NCBI GenBank assembly: GCA_963705505.1
Contig: CAVPJU010000006.1
Location: 160,001-224,000 of the forward strand
DNA: 64,000 nt
Direction of reading: 5' to 3'
Source of the DNA: an uncultured bacterium
GTDB taxonomy: Bacteria; Desulfobacterota_D; UBA1144; Nemesobacterales; UBA2774
The notes under the pieces: generated by a model
Database searches by the model: none
The model's input: only the letters and a program-made list of their open reading frames with translations
Told to the model about the DNA's origin: nothing
Shown here: piece by piece, positions 28,003-38,780 of the stretch
Layout of the letters: every line of letters begins with the position of its first letter
Position numbering within the stretch: the stretch's first letter is position 1
Translations under genes and position numbers: made by a program

Positions 28003-30705
28003 TTAGTGTGCTTCCGCCCAGTTCTTGCCGGTTCCTATCTCGACTTTTATAGGAACCCTGAGCTTCCAGGCACCCTCCATTCCGTCCTTCACAATCCGCG
28101 ATATCACTTCCAGCTCGTCCTCGGGAACCTCGAATAGGAGCTCGTCGTGGACTTGCAGTATCATGCGGGTCCTGTAATCGGAGGAGAGCTTTTCCTGTAT
28201 CCTGATCATAGCGATATTTATTATATCCGCCGCGGAGCCCTGAATCGGCGTGTTCATGGCGGTACGCTCCCCGAACCCTTTCCTGTTCCTGTCATCCGAG
28301 TTAAGCTCGGGGATAGGGCGTCTCCGTCCCAGGATCGTCTCCGCATAACCCTTACTCCTGGCATCGTCAATCGATTTCTGGATGTATTCCTTAACCTTGC
28401 TATAGCGTTTGAAGTATTCGTCGATGTAGCTTTTGGCGATGGAAACGGAAGTCCCCAGCTGTTTTGCAAGGCCGAAGGCGCTTATACCGTATATGATCCC
28501 GAAGTTGATATTCTTGGACAATCTCCTCATCTCGGGGGTTACGAGGTCCTCGGTGACCCCGAAAATTTCAGAGGCAGTCCTGTTATGAATGTCGCTCCCC
28601 GTCATGAAAGCCTCGACCAGGCTCTCGTCTTCCGAGAAATGTGCGAGGAGCCTGAGCTCTATCTGAGAGTAATCGGCGGAGAGCATGATGTAGCCTTCCT
28701 CGGGTATGAAGGCTTCCCTGATACGCCTCCCCTGAGCGGTCTTTATCGGTATGTTCTGGAGGTTGGGTTCACTGGAGCTGAGCCTCCCGGTCGATGAGCC
28801 CACCGGATTAAAGGAGGTGTGAAGCCTCCCCGTACGGGGATTTATAAGCTTGGGGAGCGCGTCCACGTACGTCGATTTGAGCTTGGAGAGGGTCCTGTGC
28901 TCGAGCACCTTCTCCGGGACTGAATGGAACTTGCTGAGGTCGGTGAGCACCTCGACGTCCGTGGAAGATTCGCCCGTCTTCGTGAGCTTTTTCTGGGGCA
29001 GGCGCAGCGTCTCGAAAAGGACCTGGCGCAGCTGTATGGGGGAATTCAAATTGAACTCGTACCCTACCTCCTCGTAAATCGTCTTTTCTATTTCCTTGAG
29101 TCCGGTATCGAACTCCTTTGACAATTCCTTAAGCCTCGATGCATCGATTTTCATCCCGTTTATCTCGATGCGGGCAAGAACTTCTATGAACTTGAGCTCG
29201 ATGTCCCTGTAAACCCGGATCAGATTTATCTCTTCCAGCTCCCGGGCGAGTTTCTTTGCAAGGAGCATCGCCACATCCGCATCTTCGCAGGAATATACCT
29301 TCGCTGCCTCGAGCTCGACTTCTTCGAAGTTAATTTTGGATTTCCCCGTGCCCGTCACGTCCCTGTATGAAATCATCCTGTGGCCCAGATAGAGCCTGCA
29401 GAGCTCATCCAGGCTATAGCTTATTCTCGATGAATCGAGCATATGCGCGGCGATGATTGTATCGAACGAAATACCCGTGAGCTTTAGCCCGTACATCTCC
29501 AAGAGAACCAGTTCGTATTTAAGATTCTGGCCTATTTTTCTCAAGCCCTTGTCTTCAATGAGGGGCTTTAATTTCTCGAGCACGAAAGGGAGCGCGAGCT
29601 GTCTTGTCGAAGAGTCGGCAAGCGACCTGTGCGCTACAGGGACGTAATAAGCCTCGTGAGGGGCGGGACAGAGCGCTATGCCCACGATTTCCGCGAGCAT
29701 GGGATCGGTCGAGGTCGTCTCCAGATCTATAGAAACCTCTCCTGTTTCCTTTACCCTTTCGATCGCGCGGTGAAGACCCTCTTCCGTCAGGACGAGCGAA
29801 TAGTTATCGTAGGGAACGATACGATTCTCATCCGCTTTTGCGGCGGCGCTCCCGCCATCGCCCAGCTCGCGCAGAAGGTTCTTGAACTCGAGCTCCTCGA
29901 ATAATGCGCGCAGCTTTCCCTTATCGAACCCTTCATATTTGAATTTCTCGAGACCCATATCCACATCGATATCGGTCTTTATCGTGACGAGCTCTTTACT
30001 GAGGAGCGCGTCGCCCTGCTTTTCCCGGATGAGCTTCCTCTGTCTTTCGGCGACGTCGTCCAGATTCATAAGAAGGTTATCGAGCGAGCCGAACGTTTTT
30101 ATAAGACCTATGGCCGTCTTCTCGCCGATACCCTTAACCCCCGGAATGTTGTCGACCTGGTCTCCCATAAGGGCGAATACATCTATCACCCTTTCGGGCG
30201 GCACGCCGTATTTCTCAATGACATCCGGGACAAACGTTTCCTTATTCTTCATCGTATCGAGGAGTTTCACTTTTTCGGACACGAGCTGGCAAAAGTCCTT
30301 ATCCCCGGTGACGAGAACGACATCCATGCCCCGCTTCTCGTAGTCCCTCGCAATAGTGCCCATGATATCGTCGGCTTCGTATCCCTCCATCATGAACTGC
30401 GGGATGTTAAACGCGTCCACGACCTCGAAAATCTTTGAAAACTGCGGAACCAGGTCGTCCGGCGGCGCCCCTCTGTTAGCCTTGTAAAGCGGGTACATCT
30501 CGTTTCGGAAGGTGTCCCCCTTGGCGTCGAAGACAATCCCCAGGTACGCCGGTTTATAATCCTTCAGGAATTTGAAAAGCATGGAAGCGAACCCGTAAAC
30601 CGCGTTCGTCGGAAACCCTTTCGATGTCGTGAGTCCCCTTATCGCATAATACGCACGAAATATATATGAGCTGCCGTCGATGAGATATAAAACAGGTTTT
30701 TCCAT
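28003..30705 (-). CDS. polA: DNA polymerase I
   Basis: LIDGSSYIFRAY, EADD, DLETT, TGRLSSSEPNLQNIP, ADYSQIELR, NFGIIYG, LQVHDEL. Confidence 0.98.
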   Translation of the reverse strand: MEKPVLYLIDGSSYIFRAYYAIRGLTTSKGFPTNAVYGFASMLFKFLKDYKPAYLGIVFDAKGDTFRNEMYPLYKANRGAPPDDLVPQFSKIFEVVDAFNIPQFMMEGYEADDIMGTIARDYEKRGMDVVLVTGDKDFCQLVSEKVKLLDTMKNKETFVPDVIEKYGVPPERVIDVFALMGDQVDNIPGVKGIGEKTAIGLIKTFGSLDNLLMNLDDVAERQRKLIREKQGDALLSKELVTIKTDIDVDMGLEKFKYEGFDKGKLRALFEELEFKNLLRELGDGGSAAAKADENRIVPYDNYSLVLTEEGLHRAIERVKETGEVSIDLETTSTDPMLAEIVGIALCPAPHEAYYVPVAHRSLADSSTRQLALPFVLEKLKPLIEDKGLRKIGQNLKYELVLLEMYGLKLTGISFDTIIAAHMLDSSRISYSLDELCRLYLGHRMISYRDVTGTGKSKINFEEVELEAAKVYSCEDADVAMLLAKKLARELEEINLIRVYRDIELKFIEVLARIEINGMKIDASRLKELSKEFDTGLKEIEKTIYEEVGYEFNLNSPIQLRQVLFETLRLPQKKLTKTGESSTDVEVLTDLSKFHSVPEKVLEHRTLSKLKSTYVDALPKLINPRTGRLHTSFNPVGSSTGRLSSSEPNLQNIPIKTAQGRRIREAFIPEEGYIMLSADYSQIELRLLAHFSEDESLVEAFMTGSDIHNRTASEIFGVTEDLVTPEMRRLSKNINFGIIYGISAFGLAKQLGTSVSIAKSYIDEYFKRYSKVKEYIQKSIDDARSKGYAETILGRRRPIPELNSDDRNRKGFGERTAMNTPIQGSAADIINIAMIRIQEKLSSDYRTRMILQVHDELLFEVPEDELEVISRIVKDGMEGAWKLRVPIKVEIGTGKNWAEAH

Positions 30706-30853
30706 AACCGTACAGTTTAGGTTTTAAAGGGATGTGTGTCAAAATGAGAGCGGCCCCATTCGGTCACTTTATATTTAATATAAATCGTGAATAATATCGT
30801 GAGAGTATCGTAATATCGGCCTTCACAAATATTTCGGTAAGGAGGGGGATACA

Positions 30854-31198
30854 ATGAAATACCTTTTGATTCAGTGGATCATAAGCGCGGCAAGCCTTTT
30901 AATCGTGTCGTATATTATTCCGGGCTTCGTAGTGGAAGGGATAGGGACGGCCCTCATAGCGGCCGTAATCATAGGACTGATAAACGCTACGATAGGACTA
31001 TTTCTCAAGATCATTACGCTCCCTCTCTCGATTCTGACGTTCGGGATATTCCTTCTAATCATCAACGCACTTATGCTGATGCTCGCTTCTTCGGTAGCTC
31101 CGGGCTTCCACGTGGCCGGCTTCTGGACTGCGTTCTTCGCAGCCGTGGTGCTGGCAATAGTCAGCATGATCCTTCGTCACCTGCTGGGGGAAAAATAA
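30854..31198 (+). CDS. YvlD/DUF360-type 4-TM membrane protein (phage holin family IV-like)
   Basis: ALIAAVIIGLINA..LPLSILTFGIFLLIINALML..PGF.V.GFWTA. Confidence 0.85.
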   Translation: MKYLLIQWIISAASLLIVSYIIPGFVVEGIGTALIAAVIIGLINATIGLFLKIITLPLSILTFGIFLLIINALMLMLASSVAPGFHVAGFWTAFFAAVVLAIVSMILRHLLGEK

Positions 31199-31202
31199 TA
31201 GT

Positions 31203-32228
31203 TCAGATACCGGGGCTGATTATAACTTTTATAGAGTCCCGAGCCTCTTCCACCATGCGGAACCCTTTCAGGGTCTCGGACAAGGGAAGCCTATGAGTTA
31301 CCATATCGAGCACGTTAACCCGTTTAGCCCGTATTAGCTCAAGGGCTATGGCGAGATCGGAAGGGGAAGCCGCATACGAGCTCACGGTCTTTATCCCCGA
31401 CCACCAGAAGTCGTTATAGGGGATCGTAATTGTTGCAGCAGGCCCCGAAGGGGCGAAAAATAATATCGTCCCGCCCGGCTCCGCGAGCTTGAGGGCGCCT
31501 TCGATCGCCGGTTGAGCGCCCGTGCATACGATAACCATATCGGCAAGGCGTCCTTCGTTAAGATTCCGCAAATAGGAAGCTATGTCCTCGCCTGCATGCA
31601 CCGTGTGATCAGCGCCGAAATCAGACGCGGCTTTGAGCCTGAAATCGCTTATATCGGTCGCAATGATACGTCCCGCCCCCTGAGCCCTCGCAAGCTGGAT
31701 GTGGAGGAGCCCCGTTATACCGCTCCCCATCACAAGCACGCAGTCGGTGATCTGAAATCCGGCGAGCCGCTGCCCGCGCACGACGCACCCGAGGGGCTCG
31801 ACAAAAGAGGCCTCGTCGTATGAGACCCCGTCAGGGAGCCTGAGCACGCCCCTGTCCACGTTGATGGCGGGTATTCGTATATATTCCGAAAAACCGCCCG
31901 GATCGAAATGGGTCGTCCTCAAGGTCCTGCACGCGGAATGGTTCCCCCTGAGACAGTAAAAACAGGTGTTGCACGGGACGTGGTGAGTGGCAATGATACG
32001 GTCGCCGGGCCTGAATTTTTCGACACCCTGGCCTATCTCGACTACCTCACCGGCCACCTCATGGCCGAGCACCAGAGGAGCCTTCGGAAGGCGGTACCAT
32101 TCCATGAGGTCGCTGCCGCAGATACCGCTTGCATGGACCCGCATGAGTATCTCGCCCGGACCTGTCCCGGGAACGGGCATATCCTCGAGCCGTATATCTC
32201 TGTTGTTATAGTACATGGCGACACGCAT
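31203..32228 (-). CDS. Zinc-dependent dehydrogenase (iditol/threonine DH-like MDR)
   Basis: GICGSD, GHE, C-x2-C-x2-C-x7-C, VEPLGC, GSGITG. Confidence 0.92.
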   Translation of the reverse strand: MRVAMYYNNRDIRLEDMPVPGTGPGEILMRVHASGICGSDLMEWYRLPKAPLVLGHEVAGEVVEIGQGVEKFRPGDRIIATHHVPCNTCFYCLRGNHSACRTLRTTHFDPGGFSEYIRIPAINVDRGVLRLPDGVSYDEASFVEPLGCVVRGQRLAGFQITDCVLVMGSGITGLLHIQLARAQGAGRIIATDISDFRLKAASDFGADHTVHAGEDIASYLRNLNEGRLADMVIVCTGAQPAIEGALKLAEPGGTILFFAPSGPAATITIPYNDFWWSGIKTVSSYAASPSDLAIALELIRAKRVNVLDMVTHRLPLSETLKGFRMVEEARDSIKVIISPGI

Positions 32229-32284
32229 ATTCTTGGGAGCGCTCCGGGAACTTGCTTTTATGGAAACTTGCCGGGTTTTAGCTT

Positions 32285-33100
32285 TTATACGCTTGCTACC
32301 TTCTTGGATTCCTCGTTCTTTATGGATAAGAAGAGGTCGTGCGCCTGTTTGGGCTTATTATTTTCGTGGACTATCGACCGGATCGCCCTGATTACGGCTA
32401 CAGGGTGGTCGTTCTGCCATATGTTCCTGCCCATGTCCACACCGACGGCGCCCTGCTGAATTGCATTATAGGTCATCTCCAGAACGTCCATCTCGGTTTC
32501 TAATTTAGGCCCTCCGGCAATCACTATGGGCACGGGACAGCTCGTTGTAACCTTCTCGAACTCCTCGCAGTAATAGGTCTTGACTATATGAGTGCCAAGC
32601 TCGGCGCAAATACGGCAGCAAAGAGCGAGATACCTCGAGTCCCTTTTCTCGAGCTCCTTTCCGACGGCAGTAATGCCCAGCACGGGAATTCCGTATTCCT
32701 CACCCTGATTGACGAGCTCCGCGAGATTGAGGAGCGTCTGGCGCTCATGCTCACTGCCCACGAATACCGATATCCCGACGCCCGCGACATTCAGCCTAAT
32801 GGCGTCCCTGAGGGAAGTAGTAAGGCCCTCGTCCGAAAGGTCGGGGCCGACGATGCTCGAGCCGCCCGAGACCCTTAAAACCACATTCGCGCACGATTCG
32901 GGGTCTACGGAGCTCCTGAGCACTCCTCTGGTCAGCATGATGGTATCCGCATACGGGAGCAGGGGTGTTATCGTGTCCCTGGGGACCTCAAGCCTGTGTG
33001 TGGGGCCCAGGAAATACCCGTGGTCGAATGCGACCATGACCGCCCTCCCCGTCCGCGGGTTTATTATCCTCGCCATTCTGTTTTTCATTCCCCAGTCCAT
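32285..33100 (-). CDS. lsrF: LsrF-like thiolase / class I aldolase family
   Basis: MDWGMKNRM, AFDHGYFLGP, VKTYYC, PIVIAGGPK, GVDMGRNIWQ. Confidence 0.9.
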   Translation of the reverse strand: MDWGMKNRMARIINPRTGRAVMVAFDHGYFLGPTHRLEVPRDTITPLLPYADTIMLTRGVLRSSVDPESCANVVLRVSGGSSIVGPDLSDEGLTTSLRDAIRLNVAGVGISVFVGSEHERQTLLNLAELVNQGEEYGIPVLGITAVGKELEKRDSRYLALCCRICAELGTHIVKTYYCEEFEKVTTSCPVPIVIAGGPKLETEMDVLEMTYNAIQQGAVGVDMGRNIWQNDHPVAVIRAIRSIVHENNKPKQAHDLFLSIKNEESKKVASV

Positions 33101-33139
33101 AACCGTAACACCTCTCATTCGTTGGAATTTATCACACAA

Positions 33140-33168
33140 AATTTAAAGTAACCGGGGTTAATTGTCAA
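33140..33168 (-). promoter_or_regulatory. Sigma-70 promoter of lsrF operon
   Basis: Minus strand TTGACA-N17-TAAATT. Confidence 0.6.
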
Positions 33169-33465
33169 TCAAAGCCGGGCAATATATGAAAAAACCGATT
33201 CCCGGCAGGCGGTTACGACATTAAAAGATAATTCGAATTTCCTTAATATTGTGCTCATATCATGATTGGCTGCGGGGATCATCGGAGGAGATATTGTGAA
33301 TGGGCGCCACGGCGAAGATCAAATCCGATGCAATATTGCAGTTGCACATAAATATCGCGATGCTCAATAAATAATGAGTAAACGCAGCATGTTGTAAGAT
33401 GTTAATAATACGCATTTGCAAAATAATTACTTGACTCCGTATTTTTTGCCCTTAAATTTATATGT

Positions 33466-33921
33466 ATGGAGAAAACCATGAACAGATATGAACAGGGTAT
33501 AGAGAAATTTAAGGAAATCAAGGGTGACGGGGCTGAGAAGTCGCTTGAGCGCTTGAAATCACTCAACCCGGACCTTGAGAAATTCATAATGGAATTCGCT
33601 TTTAACGATATTTACGGAAGGCCTGCGCTCGACACGAGGTCGAGGGAGATCGCTACGGTGGCAGCCCTTGCGGCAACGGGGCACATTCCGCAGCTTAAAG
33701 TTCATACGCAATCTGCCTTGAACGTCGGAGTCACAAGGGAGGAGATTATCGAAATCATACTCCAAATGGCTCTTTACGCCGGCTTCCCCGCCGCGATCAA
33801 TGCCATGCAGGCAGTAAAGGAAGTATTCGACGAATTGGAAAACAAAGAATTGGAAAACAAAAAAATAAATTCAAACGGCAGCGGGGTGAAGCTCGAAAGA
33901 AAAAAACTGGCATCCCTATGA
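33466..33921 (+). CDS. Carboxymuconolactone decarboxylase (CMD) family protein
   Basis: EFAFNDIYGRPALD.RSREIATVAAL, QLKVH, YAGFPAAINA. Confidence 0.9.
   Translation: MEKTMNRYEQGIEKFKEIKGDGAEKSLERLKSLNPDLEKFIMEFAFNDIYGRPALDTRSREIATVAALAATGHIPQLKVHTQSALNVGVTREEIIEIILQMALYAGFPAAINAMQAVKEVFDELENKELENKKINSNGSGVKLERKKLASL
33832..33861 (+). repeat. Perfect 15-bp tandem duplication (GAATTGGAAAACAAA x2)
   Basis: Read directly; encodes ELENK-ELENK. Confidence 0.95.
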
Positions 33922-34907
33922 CAGAACCTCGATCAGGGACCGTTAAAGTAAACGGCATAGACATATATTATGAAATACACGGCTCGGGCGAACCGCTCCT
34001 GATGATAGAGGGGCTCGGGTACTCCGCATGGATGTGGTATAAGCAGATACCCGCGTTCTCGGAAAGGCATCAGGTGATCGTATTCGACAACAGGGGAGCC
34101 GGGAACACGGATAAGCCTGATACCGAATACTCGACGGAGATCATGGCAGACGACGCTTCCGGTTTGTTAAGGACGCTCGGCATCGGTCAGGCTCACGTTC
34201 TGGGCGTATCCCTCGGCGGATTCATAGCGCAGGAGCTCGCCCTGAGACACCCCGACCTCGTGAAGAGCCTGGTCCTGGTTTCGACGAACTCAGGCGAAGA
34301 AAACCCGCTCAGGAGGAACTCCCACCCCTGGAACGGATTTTTAAAACTCTGGGGATTCCTGCCGGGGATGTTCGAGATGAGCGGAAAGGCAGGCGTACCC
34401 TCCGGGATAGAGTACGGCCTCACTAAAGAAGAGAAAATACGCTACGGCCTCTCGCTTGCCTTCACTCCCGAATATTTCAAGGAGCATCCGGACGAAATCG
34501 AGCGGATCGTAAAATGGAGGCTGGATAACCCGCAGCCGGGCTATGCGTGGACTCGTCAGATGATGGCCGGAATGAAATTCAATTCTACCGCCAGAGCCGG
34601 AGACATTAGCGCCCCCTCAATCGTTATTAGCGGCACCGAGGACAGGATCGTTACGCCCGAAAGCGCGTTCGTGCTTGCCGAAAGGATACCGGATTCAAGG
34701 TTCGTGCCGATAGAGGGATCGGGGCATCTCCTCTTTATAGAGCGCTCAGAAGAGTTTAATGAAACCGTTCTGGAATTTCTGGACGAGGCCTGCGGGAAAA
34801 ATCAAAAAACCGCTCCCGGTAATATAGAAAATTCCGGATTGTGGGAAAAAATCGTTTCCTTCTTTTCGGGCAGCAATATTAAAAACGGCAATGCCATGAA
34901 GAATTAA
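33918..34907 (+). CDS. Alpha/beta hydrolase (enol-lactonase/esterase-like)
   Basis: FDNRGAG, GVSLGG nucleophile elbow, GTEDRI, GSGHL; ATGA overlap with the CMD gene. Confidence 0.9.
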   Translation: MTEPRSGTVKVNGIDIYYEIHGSGEPLLMIEGLGYSAWMWYKQIPAFSERHQVIVFDNRGAGNTDKPDTEYSTEIMADDASGLLRTLGIGQAHVLGVSLGGFIAQELALRHPDLVKSLVLVSTNSGEENPLRRNSHPWNGFLKLWGFLPGMFEMSGKAGVPSGIEYGLTKEEKIRYGLSLAFTPEYFKEHPDEIERIVKWRLDNPQPGYAWTRQMMAGMKFNSTARAGDISAPSIVISGTEDRIVTPESAFVLAERIPDSRFVPIEGSGHLLFIERSEEFNETVLEFLDEACGKNQKTAPGNIENSGLWEKIVSFFSGSNIKNGNAMKN

Positions 34908-35093
34908 ACCTGCGCTTCTATCCGCCCTCGCCGTCCCAATAATCCACTTCAGACCCGCCACGAAAATATTTATGGACAGTCCTTTTTTCCTTCGAACCGC
35001 CCGGAGCGGAGCCCGCCGGTCCATTCCAAATCCTTTTCGTTAATAATATGAGATCGTGCCGTCACGGCCTCCTGCCGTTGATGATCACTACGT

Positions 35094-36275
35094 TCACTTA
35101 TTACACGTCGCCTCAAAGGCAGCTTTAAACGCGCCGAGCGCAAGATCGACATGCTCTTCCGTATGCCCGGCCATGAGTGTGGCCCTGATCCTGCACTTGC
35201 CCTGAGGGACCGACGGAGGCCTTACGGCAGGCGTATAGACCCCGTTCTCCCTGAGGGCGGCGGCGAACCGGAGAGCGGGCTCAGCCTCGCCGACCAGAAC
35301 CGGTACGATAGCGGAATCCGACGGGAGGACAGTAAGCCCTATATCCTCTATACCGCTCTTAAATTTTTTAATTAGACGCCAGAGGTGCTCCCTTCTCTCA
35401 GGCTCGTTCTCGATTATACCGATCGCGGCTATAGAGGCTGCGAGTGAAGGGGCCGGCAGCGACGTGTCGAAAATATAGCTCCTGGCCCGGTTCCTTATAA
35501 AATCGATCAGCTCCTGACTGCCCGCAATATAGCCGCCGAGGGAGCCTACCGCCTTTGAAAGCGTGCCCATAACAACGTGAATACGGTCTTCGACCCCGAA
35601 GTATTCGGTCGCTCCGCTCCCTCTTTTCCCGAGCACTCCGGTCGCGTGCGCTTCGTCGACCATGAGCATGCATCCGAAGCTCTCCGCAAGCTCGATCAGA
35701 CGCGGAAGGGGAGCGAGGTCGCCGTCCATGCTGAACACAGTATCGGTAACGATAAGCTTCTTACATTTCCTTTTCCTGTCGGAGAGAAGAAGCGATTCGA
35801 GATGTTCGGTATCGAGGTGCCTGTAGATTTTTATATCGGCGCGGGAAAGCCTGCAGCCGTCTATTATGGACGCGTGATTGAGCTCATCGCTGTAGACGAT
35901 GTCACCTTCGCCGAGAAGTGACGAGATAGTCCCGATATTGGCGAGGTAACCGGAGCTGAAAAGGATCGCGGCTTGGGTGTTTTTAAAGCCCGCGATGCGT
36001 TCCTCGAGCTCTCTATGCAGGTCGGTGCTCCCGCTCACAAGACGGGACCCGCCTGAGCCCGTCCCGTATTTCTCGAGAGCAAGCCTGGCCGCCTCTACGA
36101 CCCTCGTGTCGACGGACAAGCTCAGATAGCTGTTCGAGGCCAGCAGTACATAACGCTTCCCGCCGATCGTTATTTCCGGGAGCTGGCCGGTCTCAAGCTC
36201 GGTAAGCGCGCGGAAGAGCTTCTTATCCTTTATCCGGGCTAAATCCTGTTCTATCCAGTCTAGAGGGCCTTTCAT
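35094..36275 (-). CDS. bioF: 8-amino-7-oxononanoate synthase
   Basis: GSGGSRL, SDELNHASIIDG, VFSMDGD, VDEAHATG, GTLSKA, VRPPSVP. Confidence 0.93.
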   Translation of the reverse strand: MKGPLDWIEQDLARIKDKKLFRALTELETGQLPEITIGGKRYVLLASNSYLSLSVDTRVVEAARLALEKYGTGSGGSRLVSGSTDLHRELEERIAGFKNTQAAILFSSGYLANIGTISSLLGEGDIVYSDELNHASIIDGCRLSRADIKIYRHLDTEHLESLLLSDRKRKCKKLIVTDTVFSMDGDLAPLPRLIELAESFGCMLMVDEAHATGVLGKRGSGATEYFGVEDRIHVVMGTLSKAVGSLGGYIAGSQELIDFIRNRARSYIFDTSLPAPSLAASIAAIGIIENEPERREHLWRLIKKFKSGIEDIGLTVLPSDSAIVPVLVGEAEPALRFAAALRENGVYTPAVRPPSVPQGKCRIRATLMAGHTEEHVDLALGAFKAAFEATCNK

Positions 36276-36332
36276 ATCGGTGAGAGTAATTCAATAAATT
36301 TTCATACACGCGGACGGACTTTGTATATAGAA

Positions 36333-37692
36333 TTACGCGTCCTCGGTCACTTTTTTAATTGAATTGTAAGTCACCCGGACAAGCTTTTTTAAATCCTCCA
36401 TTGGAATTCCGAGTGGGGGCATGAGAACCACTACATTTCCGAGCGGGCGTATCAATACCCCCTCGTTCATAGCCTCCTCGGCGACCCTCCATCCCATCCT
36501 CATATTCGCCTGATAAGTCTCCTTTGTTTCCTTATCCTGTACCAGCTCGATGCCGACCATCAACCCCTTGCTCCTCACATTCCCCACGTGCTTGAGGCCG
36601 TTAAATTCCCTGAGCTCCTCTTCGAGATACCCGACCTTTTCCTTAAGGCTATCAAGCGTATTGTAGTTTTTAAACGCCTCCAGGTTCCCGAGGGCAGCTG
36701 CGCAGGAAATGGGGTTTCCGGCGTAGCTATGTCCGTGGAAGAAGGTCTTGAACTCCTCGTATTCGCCGAGGAAAGCGTCGTACACTTCCTGTGTCGTAAT
36801 CGTTGCGGAGAGGGGGAGATAACCGCCGGTCATACTCTTTCCGAGCACCAGTATATCGGGCGTCACGTCCTCGTGCTCGCATGCGAACATCTTACCGGTC
36901 CTGCCGAACCCGGTCGCGACTTCATCGAGTATAAGCAGCACGCCGTACTTCTCGCAGTATTCACTGACCAGTTTAAGATAACCGGGAGGGGATACGATCA
37001 TACCGCCCGCCGCCTGGACATAGGGCTCCAATATAACCCCGGCGATCTCATCGTGATGTGCTTCGAGAATATTTCCGACCTCACGCGCGCACGCCAATCC
37101 GCAGGAGGGGTACGTTTTGCCGAGCGGGCATCTGTAGCAATAGTATGAAGGCGCCTGATAAGTCTCGAAAAGAAGGGGCTTGAACGCCGCGTGGAAAATA
37201 TCGATCCCCCCTACAGAGACCGCGCCGAGCGTATCGCCGTGATAACCGTTTCGGAGCGAGACGAATTTCGTTTTACCGGGCTTGCCAACGTGCTGCCAGT
37301 ATTGAAATGCCATTTTGAGCGCTGCCTCTACGGCACTCGCGCCGTCTCCCGAATAAAACACCTTTTTCAGTCCCAGGCGGACATATATCTATCAGCTCTT
37401 TCGCAAGCTCCGCCGCAGGGGGGTTTGTGATACCGAGCAACGTGCTGTGGCCGAGCTTCTCGACCTGGTTTTTAATGGCGTTGTCAATCTCGGGGACCCT
37501 GTGGCCGTGGACATTGACCCAGAGCGAGGAAACACCGTCGATATACCTCCCGCCTTCGGAATCAATGAGGTAAGCACCCTCGCCTCCTTCTATGATGACG
37601 GGCTCTTTTTCCTCGTATTCCCTCATCTGGGTAAAGGGGTGCCATACGAACTCTTTATCATAGGCTCCTAACTTTTTCTTTCTATCGGACAT
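36333..37692 (-). pseudogene. bioA: Adenosylmethionine-8-amino-7-oxononanoate aminotransferase, split by a +1 frameshift near 37373
   Basis: WHPFTQM and SSLWVNVHGH in 37273..37692; YHGDT, DEVATGFGRTG and FFHGHSY in 36333..37361. Minus strand CCT GGG ACT GAA reads P-G-L-K-K-V-F-Y if one G is removed; probably a homopolymer error. Confidence 0.9.
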
Positions 37693-37757
37693 TTCGAAGT
37701 TTGCTAAGGGTCTCGGGGATAAGGGCGTATGCCCGGGTTAACCGGCTGAAACTGTGA

Positions 37758-38765
37758 TTAATTAACATCCTTTCTGACAGGCATTTCAAGGTCATCGAGC
37801 ATCCTGAGGTCTTCCTCCGGGGACCTGCCCGGGGTAGTGAGGTAATTTCCCAGAATCATCGCATTCGCTCCGGCGAGTAGTCCCATCGACTGCAAATCAC
37901 GGAGCGTAACTTCCCTTCCACCGGCCGTCATGAGTATTTTGTCGGGGAGGATGAGCCTGAATATCGATATTGTCTTCACAGCCTCGAAAGGGGGGAACAT
38001 GGGCAGCTTTTCAAACGGGGTTCCGGGTCTCGGGTTCAGGAAATTGATCGGTACCCAGCTCGGACCGAGCTCCTTTAACTCGAAAGCAAGCTCGATTCTT
38101 TGTTGAGGGGTCTCCCCCATGCCCAGTATGCCTCCGCAGCAGAGGTGCATACCCGCTTTTTTGACAAGCTCCGCCGTCTTGAGCCTGTCATCGTACGTAT
38201 GGGTCGAGCATATGCGGGGGAAATAGCTCCTGCAGGTCTCGATGTTATGATTGTACCGCCAGACGCCGTGTTCCTTGAGCTCGTAAGCCTGCTCTTCCCT
38301 GAGATCGCCTAGAGAGCAGCCTACTTTAAGATTTGTTTCCGCGCGAAGCATATCCACGACCTCGAGCACCTTCTTGAAAATCCTCTGTGTCGGTCCCTTA
38401 GCGCTTATGACGATACAGAAATCCATTGCCCCGAGCCTCTCCGCCTGCCTGGCGGCCAGTAATATTTTCTCGGCGGCCATAAGCGGATGGGCGTTTACTT
38501 CCGTATCATAATGGACCGACTGGGAGCAAAACGAACAGTCTTCCGGGCAGTTGCCGGTCTGGGCGCTGATAATGGACCTTAAAAACACGCCGTCGCCTTT
38601 ATACTTTAAGGTGACCTTCCTGGCGAGTGAGATCAGGTCCGGGACTTCCGGCTTTGGAAGCTCGCTCAAGGCCAGAGCTTCGCCAAAATTTATGGGCTCC
38701 TCGTTAACAAGCAGCTTTTCGGCAACGATATCTAGTATAGAAATTCCTGCTCTCCCGTCTCCCAT
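37758..38765 (-). CDS. bioB: Biotin synthase
   Basis: CPEDCSFCSQS radical SAM motif, YNHNIET, CCGGILGMGE, GNYLTT. Confidence 0.96.
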   Translation of the reverse strand: MGDGRAGISILDIVAEKLLVNEEPINFGEALALSELPKPEVPDLISLARKVTLKYKGDGVFLRSIISAQTGNCPEDCSFCSQSVHYDTEVNAHPLMAAEKILLAARQAERLGAMDFCIVISAKGPTQRIFKKVLEVVDMLRAETNLKVGCSLGDLREEQAYELKEHGVWRYNHNIETCRSYFPRICSTHTYDDRLKTAELVKKAGMHLCCGGILGMGETPQQRIELAFELKELGPSWVPINFLNPRPGTPFEKLPMFPPFEAVKTISIFRLILPDKILMTAGGREVTLRDLQSMGLLAGANAMILGNYLTTPGRSPEEDLRMLDDLEMPVRKDVN

Positions 38766-38780
38766 CCTCGAATTCCCCTT

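Noticed and set aside
30854..31198. Prophage lysis gene
   Set aside because: YvlD-type family is commonly chromosomal, and no phage genes are nearby.
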